Of a stretch of DNA of 64,000 bases, positions 1 to 10,686 are shown in pieces. The DNA lies in assembly GCF_000315625.1 (NCBI RefSeq), contig NW_005434671.1, positions 1,103,170 to 1,167,169 on the forward strand, read 5' to 3'. A program made the translations under genes and the position numbers. This stretch comes from Guillardia theta CCMP2712. Taxonomy: Eukaryota; Protista; Cryptophyta. Numbering within the stretch: the stretch's first letter is position 1; each line of letters starts with the position of its first letter. Under the pieces are notes generated by a model that saw only the letters and a program-made list of their open reading frames with translations, was not told where the DNA came from and made no database searches.

Positions 1-105
1 AGAGGCATCTGTGGATAAGAGAAAAATCCTATCCTCCTGAGGGGCCAGAGCGAATCGCAGTTCGGATTGATTCAAAGGTCTGAGCGAGAAAAGTGCACTC
101 CTAAA

Positions 106-1091
106 ATGTCTTTGGAAGAGAGTATTGCGAAGCAGATTGGTGATACAAAACCATTAGACGTTGAGAGGCTGTGTCTCGATCAAGCAAAATGTGGCGATAA
201 CCTCGCTGCATTGTCTCCCTACAAAAACTTGGTTTCATTATCCCTGCAAGACTGTGGAATCACTTCGTTGGAAACCTTGCCAGAACTTAGCCTTTTGACT
301 ACTCTGAAATTGGGCGATAATAGAATCAAAGGAGGTTTGGAGTTCATCACTAAATCTCCCGAACTAGAGAAGCTCTATCTTGCAGGAAACATGATACCTG
401 ATATTGAGGCGTTGAAGCCTTTGTCCAAGCTGACTAAACTGGAATGGCTTGACCTGGAAGGAAATCCTGCCAAGGAGGAAGATGGCTATTCAGCTAAGCT
501 GTTTGATTTGATTCCGTCGTTGGTGGTCCTAGATGGAAAGGACAAGGGTGGAGAAGAACTTGATGAAGCAGATGATGATGACGAGGTGGGGAACAAAAGT
601 CATTAAAGCTCTGTGTTGTAACCTTGTACTCACTGTTCGGATTCTTATCAGGAGGAGGAAGAGGAAGAAGAGGGAGAAGATGAGGTGAGCGACAATTGAT
701 GTAGATTCATTATTCTGATTCTTCTGACAGGACGAAGAAGTATTGAACATTTGGGATTTCCTGTAGATGTGCTAACAAATTTTTAGGGGGCGGAGGGCGA
801 AGAGGAGGAAGAGGAGGAAGAAGACGATGAAAATGATAACTATCGCGCAATTCTTTCAGGAGACCAGGTTTACGAAGAAGACGAGGAAGATGGTGAGATT
901 TCTTTTTTCGCTTTTAGCGGTATATGTTACCATGACGTTGTGGGTCAGACGATTTTCAACCTCCAGCTGAGGAACCTGAGGATCTTGAGATCGAAGAGGA
1001 AGAAGATGCGGATTTGGGTGAACAGACAGTGCTTGGAAAGCACGAGAGAGAAGATATCGATGATGGAGAGGACGAGCCCAACAAAAAGTGA
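106..1091 (+). CDS. ANP32: ANP32/LANP-family leucine-rich repeat protein with acidic tail (multi-exon)
   Basis: LRRs (LxxLxLxxNxI: 'LTTLKLGDNRIKGGLE', 'LEKLYLAGNMIPD', 'LEWLDLEGNP'), LRR cap 'YSAKLFDLIPSLVVLDGKD', then short D/E-rich exons separated by GT-AG introns and a basic NLS-like end. 3' end approximate. Confidence 0.85.
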
Positions 1092-1272
1092 ATGCTGACA
1101 ATTTTGAAGCGTTCACAATTTGGAAAATTGATCGTACATATTTAACGATGCCCACAAGACGGGAATGCTGACTTACGAGCGTTCGACTTCATGTAAATTC
1201 CGATATCGACAACAATGCTCTCTGCGGTTGAAGGCAAGGGTCTTCGACCTTTTATTGCAGGCGGCGCAGCCT

Positions 1273-2447
1273 CAACTGAGGGTGCCTTTCTTGAGAGCCT
1301 CGTATTGCTCCTCTATAGACAAAATTTTTCGTTTTCCAAGAGGTGCGCTGCTGCCTTGTGTCTGCAAAAGCAATTAAGTTATTGATTAATTAAAAATCGA
1401 AACAAGTTAATGATGAACCTTTGTGCCTGAATCTGATGATGCAGTGTTGAAGGTTGAAGATGGCGATCGTCCGACAAAGTTACTGCCGTATTCAACTTTA
1501 AGCGGAGGAGCATCAGGAGGAGACCATCTGCTCCTGGGAGGACCATGAAGAGTTCAGTTCAAGCATGAGATGAAATGGCAACTAAAACCTGTACACCCGA
1601 ATCTCATTTGGCTTCAAGGGCGATGTTGAAGTCAATGCAGGCCGGAGAGAAGCCATCTTGTAAGGGAAGAAAAATCCAAATAACATTGGGAGAATCTCAA
1701 GGTACTCCTTGTTTTTAGTGTAAGCGACAATGAGAACGAGAAGGAGCCCAAATCTTGCTGGTGTGCTGGGATCGAACATTGTGCTTCTGTTCCCCTACGC
1801 AAAGATATCAAGCCAACTCGCACAGAGACATTTTGAATTACAGACTCTCCCAGCCTGTCTGCCGTGCGCGTGAGGAGAAATGCATACGCAAGACTTGAGA
1901 CGGCGCCTGCATGGCATCATGTTGTATCGGGCAGTGATATCATCGTACCTATCACAAAGCTATTCACGGTGGACTCGGGCAAGAAAAGATTCATCATTGA
2001 AAAAATGACCGAGCTGATAAAAAATGTGTCTAGAAGAAGCTCTTCTTTTAACTCTTGGTAATTTTGCATGCTTTCTTTCTGCATGCTCTCCAGTACTTGT
2101 TGTTCTTCTGTAACGCGCTTCCCGAAACCCTCATCACCTTTCACAGGAATACCGCTTTGGCGGGCAAAGGAAGCAGCAGCAGAGTATTGCTCACTCAAAC
2201 TGGGAATATCAGGCATGCTTCCTGAAGTACGGAAATCATCAAAGGCGTCGTCATATTTCTTATCAAAGTCCTTCTTCTTCGCCATAGTCCAGCTCTGCCT
2301 TGGCCGAGCTGATCTGAGAACAGGGGCCTTCATCCCCTGAACTCTTGGCCTTGGCATGAAGATGCCATTGGAAGGGACGAACGACGTCCCCCAAGTTGCT
2401 GACACCGCCTCGGCCGCCATTGCGGCTGCTACCAGGTAGAGCGACAT
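1273..2447 (-). CDS. CGL160: Plastid-targeted ATP synthase assembly factor, Atp1/CGL160 family
   Basis: Spliced product: signal+transit peptide, then 'MQNYQELKEELLLDTFFISSVIF...SFVIG|AVSSLAYAFLLTRTADRLGES|GNRSTMFDPSTPARFGLLLVLIV...LEILPMLFGFFFPYKMA', matching the 4-TM cyanobacterial Atp1 pattern. In-frame GT-AG introns traced to a stop at 1273. Confidence 0.75.
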
Positions 2448-2720
2448 GGTAGAGGGAACAATGGAGAGAGCCCTTGCCCGGGTGGTTCACCATCATCGGT
2501 CATAGTTTGGCCGAGGCCCGCCGTTGTAACGGTTATTGATAGATCGTTCGCGGCCAGGTTGCCTCCACTAGTACCCCTCCCCCTCCCTCCCCCCGTACAT
2601 CTCCAGCCTAGCTGGAAAAGTGGAGGTAGTGGGGTGGGGATCAGGGGGTAGTAGGAGGGGGCAGTGGGGGGTGCAGGAGGGTTTCAGGCAGGGTTTCAGG
2701 AGGCTAATTGGAACCGCGGA

Positions 2721-5700
2721 ATGTCGGAGCAGGAGGGGTCAGGGGAGTTGGGGAGAAATGGAGAGAGAAAGAGGAGCAGAGAAGAGAAGGAGGAGGAGAA
2801 AAGACTGAGAGAGGCAGAGAAGAAGAGAAAGCAATTAGAAAAGGAGGAGGAACAAAAGAAAAAAGAGGAGGAAAAGAAGAAAAAGGATGATGAGAAGGAG
2901 GAAATTAAGAGGAAAAGAGAGGAAGAAAGGAAGAAGAAAGAGGAAGAAAATAAGAGGAAAAGAGAGGAGGCAAAGAAGAAGAAAGACGAAGAAAAGGAGG
3001 AAAAGAAGAAGAATGACGAAGAAAATAAGAGGAAACGAGAGGAGGAAAAGAAGAAGAAAGAGGAAGAAAATAAGAGGAAAAGAGAGGAGGAAAAGAAGAA
3101 GAAAGAGGTAGAACAGGAGGAGAAGAAGCGAAAGGAAAAAGAAAAGAAAGAGCAAGACAAGAAACAGAAAGAAGAAAAAGCCAAGACAAAGCCAGACCAG
3201 CAACGTGAAGCCAAAAAGCGAAAATCAGATAAAGATCCGATAAAATCTGAAATGGACTTCCAAAAAGTGTACGACCTTTCAATGTCACTCTCTTCCCGAT
3301 GCTCTATGACAAAAAAGAAGAACTGTGTTCTTTTCATAGGCAGAACCGGGGTGGGCAAGAGCACAATCCTCTCGGGAATGATCGGAGGGAAGTCCTCGCT
3401 GGAAATGAAGGAAGATGAAGATAGTGCAATCGTACAAGTCCACTGCAAGAAACCGATACGTAACAGTGAAGGAGAAGAAGTCTTCAGAATCGGCCACGAC
3501 AGGACCTTGTCTATGACCACTTTCCCTGAAATCTTTTACCACGAGACGACCAAGACGGCTGTTTGCGATTGTCCAGGTTTTGATGACACTCGTGGGAGCG
3601 AATATGATCTTGTCAATGCGATGAGCATTGGTTCTATCCTACAGAAGGCTGCTTCCATCAAGCTAGTTGCAGTTCTACGCCACAGCAGCATCACAAGTGT
3701 GGATGGACGAGGAGGAGCTGTGAAAGACAGTCTTGTCGATGGTTTGCGAACCATCTTCTCCATTGACAAGGACGCAAAGAACAAGCAGGCGCTGCAGTCT
3801 GTCATTCCTTTGATAGTGCTGGAAAGCTCAAGTCAAGGACAAACTCCGAGCTTGACATTGAATACCGTCAAGAAGCAGTTCAAGACGATCTTGCAACCAT
3901 TCTACAGAGAAGATCCAGACATTGTTGAGATGTTGACAGCAAACCTCATAGCCATCGATCTTCTAGGTGAGCCTAGCAAAGAGTCTGGGATCAGCAGGCT
4001 TGAGGATCTGAAAGAGGAGCTCTTGTCCTCTCAAAAGTCGAGGATAGATGATGCCGTCTCACTAGGAATGCCATTGACTGCAAGGCTAAAGGCACAGACA
4101 AGTAGTCTGATCGCTGTTATCAAACAAAAAGCGTTGTCTTCCTTGCGTGATTGTAAAAGTCTTGAAGCCCTTGAAGACGTTTGCAACCTTGAGCGGGAAG
4201 TGCTGAAGAAGTTGAAGAAGCTCAATGTTGGTGGAGCTTATACTGCCATGCAGACTATCTCGACGACAAAGTCTCGCTGCCGCAAGGCCATTGAAAGCAA
4301 GCTCAGACAGAAGGAAGAGGAGGCTGTGTGGAGCTTGTTTTCAAAGATCAGCGAAGAGCTTGTGCGATTGCATGACGAGCTCTCAGAAGGAACGAGCAAC
4401 TTCAGCGATGCAATCCTGCAAGATGTCAAACACCAGATCACGGAAAACCAAAACATCCACGAAACCCTCAAGAACGACCTGCACCAGCAGGCCAAGACAG
4501 CTCTGGAGGACTACACGTTCTGGATGCTCGCAAGAGAGGTAGAAGAGCTTACGAAAGCAGTCAGAGATGGTGACTTGCCGAGCAAGAGGTCTGAGCTTCA
4601 ATCAAAGATAGAGTCAAGCGAGATCGAGTCGCGTCTCAAGGACTTGCTCAGGAAGCATCTCGACCATGCGTGTGGCGAAGAGAAAGTGGTTTTCGATTCC
4701 ATGGAGGAGCAAAAAGCTGAGATGGAGAGTTTTCGACATCTTGTTCGTAAATCAGCAACCGAGAAAGTGAAGAACAAAGACTACGACTTCAGCGCAGAGG
4801 CGAAAAAGAATCTCATGGGCAAACAGGGAAAGTCGCTTCGTCGAAGCGTGAGCTCAGAATACGTACAAAGCGAGGTGAACTTCATCCTGGAGTCTGCGGG
4901 GGTTCGTCTCCAGCAGGCGAAGAGACTCAACGACATGAGCTTCAACAGAGACCAGCTGAAGGAGAGACATGCGCTGATAGTGAAGACACATGACGCCTTG
5001 AACCGGTTTGAAAGTCAAGTGGAACAATCTGTCTCCGAAGAAACTTTCTTGAGCCCCTCATGTGAAGAGCTGAGGAGACTTGAGGAGGAGATAAAAGGGT
5101 CAGATAAGACCATGGCACTGGACTTTCTCGTTGAGGAAATCGCAAAGAAGATAGATGACGCTGAAAAATATATCAAGAGCGCAAAGCTTGACAACGACGA
5201 GAGAAGCTTGCGGGACGATCTCGATCAATGGGGTGAAAAGGTTGAAAGTGAAGCCTACTCGAACCCTGAGAAAGAAATGTCTCAGGAGCGGTCGGCAGAG
5301 AGAGAGGAGCTTGAGAGCAGGATGAAGGACTTGCGAGACAAATCGGGCAGAAAAATGCCTTTATTGGAGCTGAAGCTGAAGGCTTTCGTTGATAATTTTG
5401 CAAAGATCAGGACTTTGAAGAAGAAAGAGGAGGCAGGCAAGGAAAAGGCTTTGCTTCAAGAGAGATTGGACTCTTTCAGAGATCAAATCAAAAAGGCCAA
5501 AAAAGAATTCATCGCTCAGCGCAAGAAGAATGTGAAGGAGGAGAAGTTTGAGCTCCCAAGCACCTCGTTTCTTGACAGTCTCAGTGAGAAGATAGAGGAA
5601 TGCTCAGTGTTATCGAATTCGAGAAGAAAGCAGACTGAATTGCTGGAGAAGATTCAAGAGTTTCTAGACAGTGAGGCAAAAGAGATTGAGCGCCTAAAAG

Positions 5701-5774
5701 ACGAATCCACACCGCAACCGTCAGGTGGCATGTTTGATTGGTTCAAACAACTCTTTAGCCCAAAGAAGAAGTAG
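2721..5774 (+). CDS. Intronless P-loop GTPase (TRAFAC, AIG1/MMR_HSR1-like) with K/E-rich N-terminus and long C-terminal coiled coil
   Basis: G1 'FIGRTGVGKST', G2-like 'SMTTFP', G3 'CDCPGFDDTRG'; about 3 kb uninterrupted ORF; first ATG at 2721. Confidence 0.8.
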   Translation: MSEQEGSGELGRNGERKRSREEKEEEKRLREAEKKRKQLEKEEEQKKKEEEKKKKDDEKEEIKRKREEERKKKEEENKRKREEAKKKKDEEKEEKKKNDEENKRKREEEKKKKEEENKRKREEEKKKKEVEQEEKKRKEKEKKEQDKKQKEEKAKTKPDQQREAKKRKSDKDPIKSEMDFQKVYDLSMSLSSRCSMTKKKNCVLFIGRTGVGKSTILSGMIGGKSSLEMKEDEDSAIVQVHCKKPIRNSEGEEVFRIGHDRTLSMTTFPEIFYHETTKTAVCDCPGFDDTRGSEYDLVNAMSIGSILQKAASIKLVAVLRHSSITSVDGRGGAVKDSLVDGLRTIFSIDKDAKNKQALQSVIPLIVLESSSQGQTPSLTLNTVKKQFKTILQPFYREDPDIVEMLTANLIAIDLLGEPSKESGISRLEDLKEELLSSQKSRIDDAVSLGMPLTARLKAQTSSLIAVIKQKALSSLRDCKSLEALEDVCNLEREVLKKLKKLNVGGAYTAMQTISTTKSRCRKAIESKLRQKEEEAVWSLFSKISEELVRLHDELSEGTSNFSDAILQDVKHQITENQNIHETLKNDLHQQAKTALEDYTFWMLAREVEELTKAVRDGDLPSKRSELQSKIESSEIESRLKDLLRKHLDHACGEEKVVFDSMEEQKAEMESFRHLVRKSATEKVKNKDYDFSAEAKKNLMGKQGKSLRRSVSSEYVQSEVNFILESAGVRLQQAKRLNDMSFNRDQLKERHALIVKTHDALNRFESQVEQSVSEETFLSPSCEELRRLEEEIKGSDKTMALDFLVEEIAKKIDDAEKYIKSAKLDNDERSLRDDLDQWGEKVESEAYSNPEKEMSQERSAEREELESRMKDLRDKSGRKMPLLELKLKAFVDNFAKIRTLKKKEEAGKEKALLQERLDSFRDQIKKAKKEFIAQRKKNVKEEKFELPSTSFLDSLSEKIEECSVLSNSRRKQTELLEKIQEFLDSEAKEIERLKDESTPQPSGGMFDWFKQLFSPKKK
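2890..3110 (+). repeat. Coding tandem repeat of about 42 bp (EENKRKREEEKKKK)
   Basis: Unit GAGGAAGAAAATAAGAGGAAAAGAGAGGAGG..AAGAAGAAGAAA recurs several times with variation. Confidence 0.85.
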
Positions 5775-6258
5775 CGACGCTTTGAATCAAGTCTCAGGTA
5801 TGCAATACTAGTACTTTTCTTTGAGGCTGACCCAGTAATACACCTTAACTCATCTCACATGTGAGAATAAACGTTGCAGTAGCAAGTACGAGCTCCTTCT
5901 TCTCTCTACTTGTGCTCCATTCTAAATACCCTGCGCTGCGCGTTCTGAAAGAAGTGAAATGTAGATCCAACGATCGAGCATGATAAACAAGGAAGTGACA
6001 TTGCATGTGATGTCTGCAAGTCCATCAGAGCAAGGAATTAAAACTGAGCTGACAAAGGAGCCGCATACCACGCTGAGAGCACAGAACACTGGGTAGGGAT
6101 CGTTTGAAGAAGTGAAGGGAGAAGTAATGAACAGACGTGGGTCATACAAACAGCTGGCGCAAATTTCTCTAGCTTGACCTCATCTTTTCCCATTGACATT
6201 CTGCACCTTGCAGGAGATAACACTGCTGATACGACAGAGTAACAAAGACTTCTCCCAC

Positions 6259-7669
6259 TCAAAAGAGATCATCATTGCTCGTCGAGTACACAACCCCTCC
6301 CGCAAACGCTCCGTACACCTGTAACCGCAGCGTCATTCCCTCCCTCCCTCCTCCCTCCTCCTCTCCTCTCTGCCACAAGTCGATGACCTTGGAAGTCTGA
6401 CTCAGATGGATCGGCTCATCCAGCGGCAGCTCTGCGTAGTCCTCCAGCTCCCCTTCAACCCAACACCCGTTACCTCCTCCTCCTCCTCTCGCCTCCTCTC
6501 CGCTCACCCGCCTCGCAGTCCGCTGGCGGCATGCGGAAGCTCTCGCTGCTCCCCACCAGCGTCCACATATGCGACGCTTCTTCCTTCCCCCGGTATGTTC
6601 CCCCGCACGTGTAGATCCACACCTGCCTCCCTCCTTCACTCCTCGCCCTCCTCCTCCTGCCTCCCCTCACCTTCACCTCGCACGCCTCCTCCAGCCCGCA
6701 CCCGCTGTACAGTCCTCGCACCATCATCTGCCGCAGCTCTCTCAGCAAGCAGACGCAGCCTCCTGCAGCTCGCTGCTACGTTGCGTCGAGCTCGGAGGTC
6801 GAACATGATCCCGTACGCTCCTCCTCCCAGGGATCGAGGCCGCGTGATCAGCGTCACGAGGACCTCGTCGCTCTCCTTCCTGAAGCTGCATGGAGATGTC
6901 AGGACAAGACAGGGAAGGCAGGGAGGAGGACCGAAGGCCCTTGTTGTATCCTCTCATGTTTCCTTCACCGCCCAGGACGGAGACATGGTTGGTCAGGATG
7001 ATATCCCTGCTTGAAAGTGACTGCCTCTTCCTCGCATCCTCTTCACCTTACTTCCTTTTGCTCCTCTTCTCAAGGGATGCAGGAGCTCGCATTGAAAGAG
7101 CTTCCGAACGATCGAAAGGAGATTGCGGATCCCAGCGCATGGACCTGGATGATACGGCTGCGCGAGCAGGGCGAGAATCATCGCCGTCACTTGTCCTACC
7201 ATAACAACTCACCCCTCCACCTATCCCAGTCACCCTTACAGGGATACCTCTCGTCCCGGTGTATCCCTGAGAAGACGTCATCGCTGCTGCCATGACGGTG
7301 CAGCACAACCTTCTCCGCCCACAGGAGGGCCTTGTTGCGAGAACGCGGGAGGGAGGAGGCGGGAGGGCGGCGATCCCCACGAGCAGAGAGCATGGCGTCG
7401 TTGAGATACTTGGAGAGAGGATAGACGATGTGGTCTTGGGAGGCGCTTGCAACTCTGTTGACGTGCTGGTCTTGTTGCTCCCCAGCTGCTGACACCCTAC
7501 AAATTCCTCTTCCTCCCTCTTCGATTCGATGTTGGGCATCGTTGGCGCAGGCAGACCCATGGGTGAGAGGAGCGCTCCTTCCTCCCTTGCATCTCTGCAC
7601 AAGCTCCTCCTTGATTCTCTTTCTCTCCTCCTCCAGCAGTTCTAGCAATGAACCCGTCGATATTGCCAT
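6259..7669 (-). CDS. Hypothetical protein, shorter paralog of the C-terminal part of the 16145-22890 gene
   Basis: Spliced product: 'SLLELLEEERKRIKEE...SRNKALLWAEKVV...SMRWDPQSPFDR...DIILTNHV...GGAYGIMFDLRARRN|MMVRGLYSGCGLEEACE|VWIYTCGGTYRGKEEASHMWTLVGS...YAELPLDEPIHL...QVYGAFAGGVVYSTSNDDLF*'. The 5' end is unresolved and may extend to about 8190. Confidence 0.65.
6402..7005. repeat. 604-bp direct repeat, copy 1 (copy 2 at 16751-17354)
   Basis: Gap-free alignment at offset 10349 with only 3 substitutions seen (6598/16947, 6701/17050, 6882/17231). Confidence 0.95.
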
Positions 7670-8391
7670 CTCCCTGAACTTACTTCATGTCTCACCGTGG
7701 CACCAACACTAGTCTAGCTTCCAAGTTTCACGCTCTGAGCAGGCAGGGCACAACCATCATGTTCTAGAGTGACTTGTCCCATGCTCGCTCGCTCATCGGC
7801 CGATGTCCCCGCCTGACTCCCCGGCATTCCTTCGTTCAGTGGTCAAACTCACCTGGTTTACTTACTCATCCGTCCGCCTCCGCCTCAGCCAGTGGCTTGT
7901 CACTTTCCATCAACCACCCCCATGGTTCCTCTTCAGTACCCCTGATTTTTATAGCTAAACGATGGGTAAGAAGTACCCCCCACTTGTCCCCTGATCCCCG
8001 ATATCGCAATGGCATCGGGTGAGGAACTTCCCTCCTTCGGTCCATGCTTGCTGCCTTCGCTTCCATGGCACATCATCATGATCTTTTCCCTCATGGTCAT
8101 CCTCTCCTGCACCCAACACCTTCATCTCTTCTTCGCTGCTTCCACCTCTCAGAGCATCCTCGCTGACATGGTCTTGTTAGCTGGGAAGACGTTCACGCAT
8201 GTTTGAAGCAGCCTGTCTTCCTTTTGACGAGAGATTTGTTTACAGCAGGAATCACGGCTCAAGAACTCAGTGTTGAGGAGCACATGATGACAAGGAAACT
8301 ACAAGAGCATTGAACGACTGGATTCATGGCCTCCCGAGATATCAGTGACACAACGGACTGTTCGCAAGTACCATGAACAACTGAACTCAAT

Positions 8392-10578
8392 ATGAACGGA
8401 AAGAAACATCCCGACACCATTCATAGTCCCAACAAGCGCGCAAGACGAGGATACCAGTCAGATGCCAGCTTTAGACCTGCAATCGCCTGCGTCGGGATCG
8501 ATTTTGGAACTTCAAGAACTGGGTTTGCTTACGCTTTCATGGACAGACAAGGTATATGACAAGAAACAAGTTGTTCCTGCACATCTGTGAGTTATTGTCT
8601 CTCCTGCAGACGAGATCTTCTGTCGAGAACCGGGAGGTCAGGAGCCTGGCAAGACTCTGACCAACCTTCTCTTGACCAGAGATGAAGAGTTCATAGCCTT
8701 CGGATCACGAGCGAGGGAGGAATACTACGAAGGAGACCCTTCCGCTCTCTTCTTTGAGAACTTCAAGATGCTGCTCAACGAGGTCGATGGAGGATCCTAC
8801 CCTGTAGTCTCCGCTCTCAACGGCAGGGAGGCGTCGCTACGGACCGTCCTCGCTCACTCGTTGAAGTATGTCAAGGACGAGGCCATGGCTACCTTGAACC
8901 GTTGCAGCGCGGTCGAGATCAAGGCCGACCAAGTCAAGTGGGTAGTGACAGTTCCTGCCATCTGGTCCGACTGCGCCAAGGTGACCTTAGGTGGCTCTCA
9001 TGTGCTGTGGGCTGATGCTGCTGATTCAGGCGATGATGCGGAAAGCTGCTCTAGATGCAGCGCTGATCAAGGAGGAGACGTCGCAACTGCTGCAGCTGGC
9101 GCTGGAGCCGGAGGCTGCCTGTATGGTGTGCGAGAGAGAGAATGTCTGCCTGAGAGCCGGGGATCAGTTCATGGTGGTGGACTGTGGAGGGGGAACGATC
9201 GATATAACCATGTCGTGCGTTCATTCATGCAACCCTCTCAGTCTTGACGAGCTGGCGGCTCCGTCCGGCGGGCCCTGGGGCTCTACATACGTGGACAGGG
9301 AGTTTGAGAAGTTTATCTTGGAGCTGTTGGGAGAGCAAGCGTTCAACTGCTCCAAGGAGTCTGTTGTTTGGATCGAAGTCTTGCGTACGTGGGAGGCAGT
9401 GAAGAACTCCTTCGATCCCAAGGGGCTGGCTAAAGTTGCTTTCTCCAACCTCAACGGAGGTGTTCAGGGCGGGATGAGCATGGGGACTGGCGAGGGAGCG
9501 AGTGGGAGGAGCGGGGGAAGGGTGATCAACCTGGCCCCCCTCCTTGTGCTCAATAACCTTCAGCTAGAACCTCTAGTTCAGGCCTTCAATCAGAAGCATC
9601 CTGACAAGCCTCTGCAGATCCGGATGATGACTGCCGTCATGTTGCCAAACGAGCTCATCATGAGCTTCTTTGCCCCCGTGCTCAGAAACATCACACGCCA
9701 CATATCCAGGCTCATCTCCTCCCATCGCATCGACTACATCTTCGTCGTCGGCGGGTTCGCGGAGTCGAAAGTGCTGCAGGAAAACTTGAAGTTCAACTTC
9801 GAGGCTTGCGATAGGAGAATCGTCGTGCCAACTCGACCAAGTCTGGCGGGTAAAGCCCGGCCTGTCTGCTAGCGCGCCGCTCACTCAATCGCATCTTGTC
9901 TTCTCGATGTTGTTTGCCGACAGTGTCTGCCGATGATGTTTGGTCATGGTTGTCGATCATGTTGCCACGTATGTTGTATCGAACAAGGCTTGCTCATGGT
10001 GTGTGATGATTTTGTCCAACCATGTCAAATACAGATGTAGTGTCGCACACTGACCTTCTCGGACACATGGCTGACTGACGTTGTTCTCCTCAGTTGTGAG
10101 AGGAGCTGTGATGTTCCAACTCTCACAGGGAGAGCGCTTCCGCAGCAGGATCGCTCGCTTCACCTACGGGTGTGACATCCTGGAGCCCTTCGACCCCTTC
10201 GACAGGCGTCACCGGGACCGCAAGCTTCACTTCAAGACGGAGGAGGGCAAGATGGTGCCGTATGTTCGCATCTTCAACCCGCTCGTCCTCAAGGGAACGA
10301 GGATGAGTCCATCCTTTGAGGTGACTCAGGCACAGTTTGAGTCGGTCGAGGACAGTCAGGACATGTGCGACTTCGACATCCTGGCAAGCGTGGAGGAGGA
10401 GGTGCAGAACATCGAGGATGCAAAGACGATCGGGTCTGTGGGGGTGAAGCTCAAGGCAGGACAGGAGGCGGCGCTGTCGCTGTCCTTCGGCAAGACGGAG
10501 ATACAGGCGACGGCGATGAACCTGACGACAGGAGAGAAGTCTCGAGCTGTCATCGACTGGGGTTTCGACTCTGTCTGA
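8392..10578 (+). CDS. HSPA12-like atypical Hsp70 family protein (multi-exon)
   Basis: 'VGIDFGTSRTGFAYAF', 'WVVTVPAIW', 'LALEPEAA', 'VVDCGGGTID', 'GGPWGSTYVDREF', 'VVGGFAES', 'VVRGAVMF...SRIARFTYG', 'FGKTEIQATA'. Confidence 0.88.
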
Positions 10579-10686
10579 AGATGTGGAGAGCGGGAGGAGC
10601 AGACGGAGGAGAGGCGGGACAGGAGAAGGAGGAGGAGGAGGCAGGAGGAAAGATTTGGTATAGAGCATGCACCTTGCGATAAAATC

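Noticed and set aside
2696-3520. F/S/L-rich minus-strand ORFs
   Set aside because: Antisense shadows of the K/E-rich repeat in the GTPase gene.
6406-7014. Duplicated plus-strand ~200 aa ORF (also 16755-17366) as a gene or mobile element
   Set aside because: Low-complexity antisense of a spliced minus-strand gene; no terminal repeats, target-site duplication or transposase, and homology extends beyond it in the minus-strand frame.
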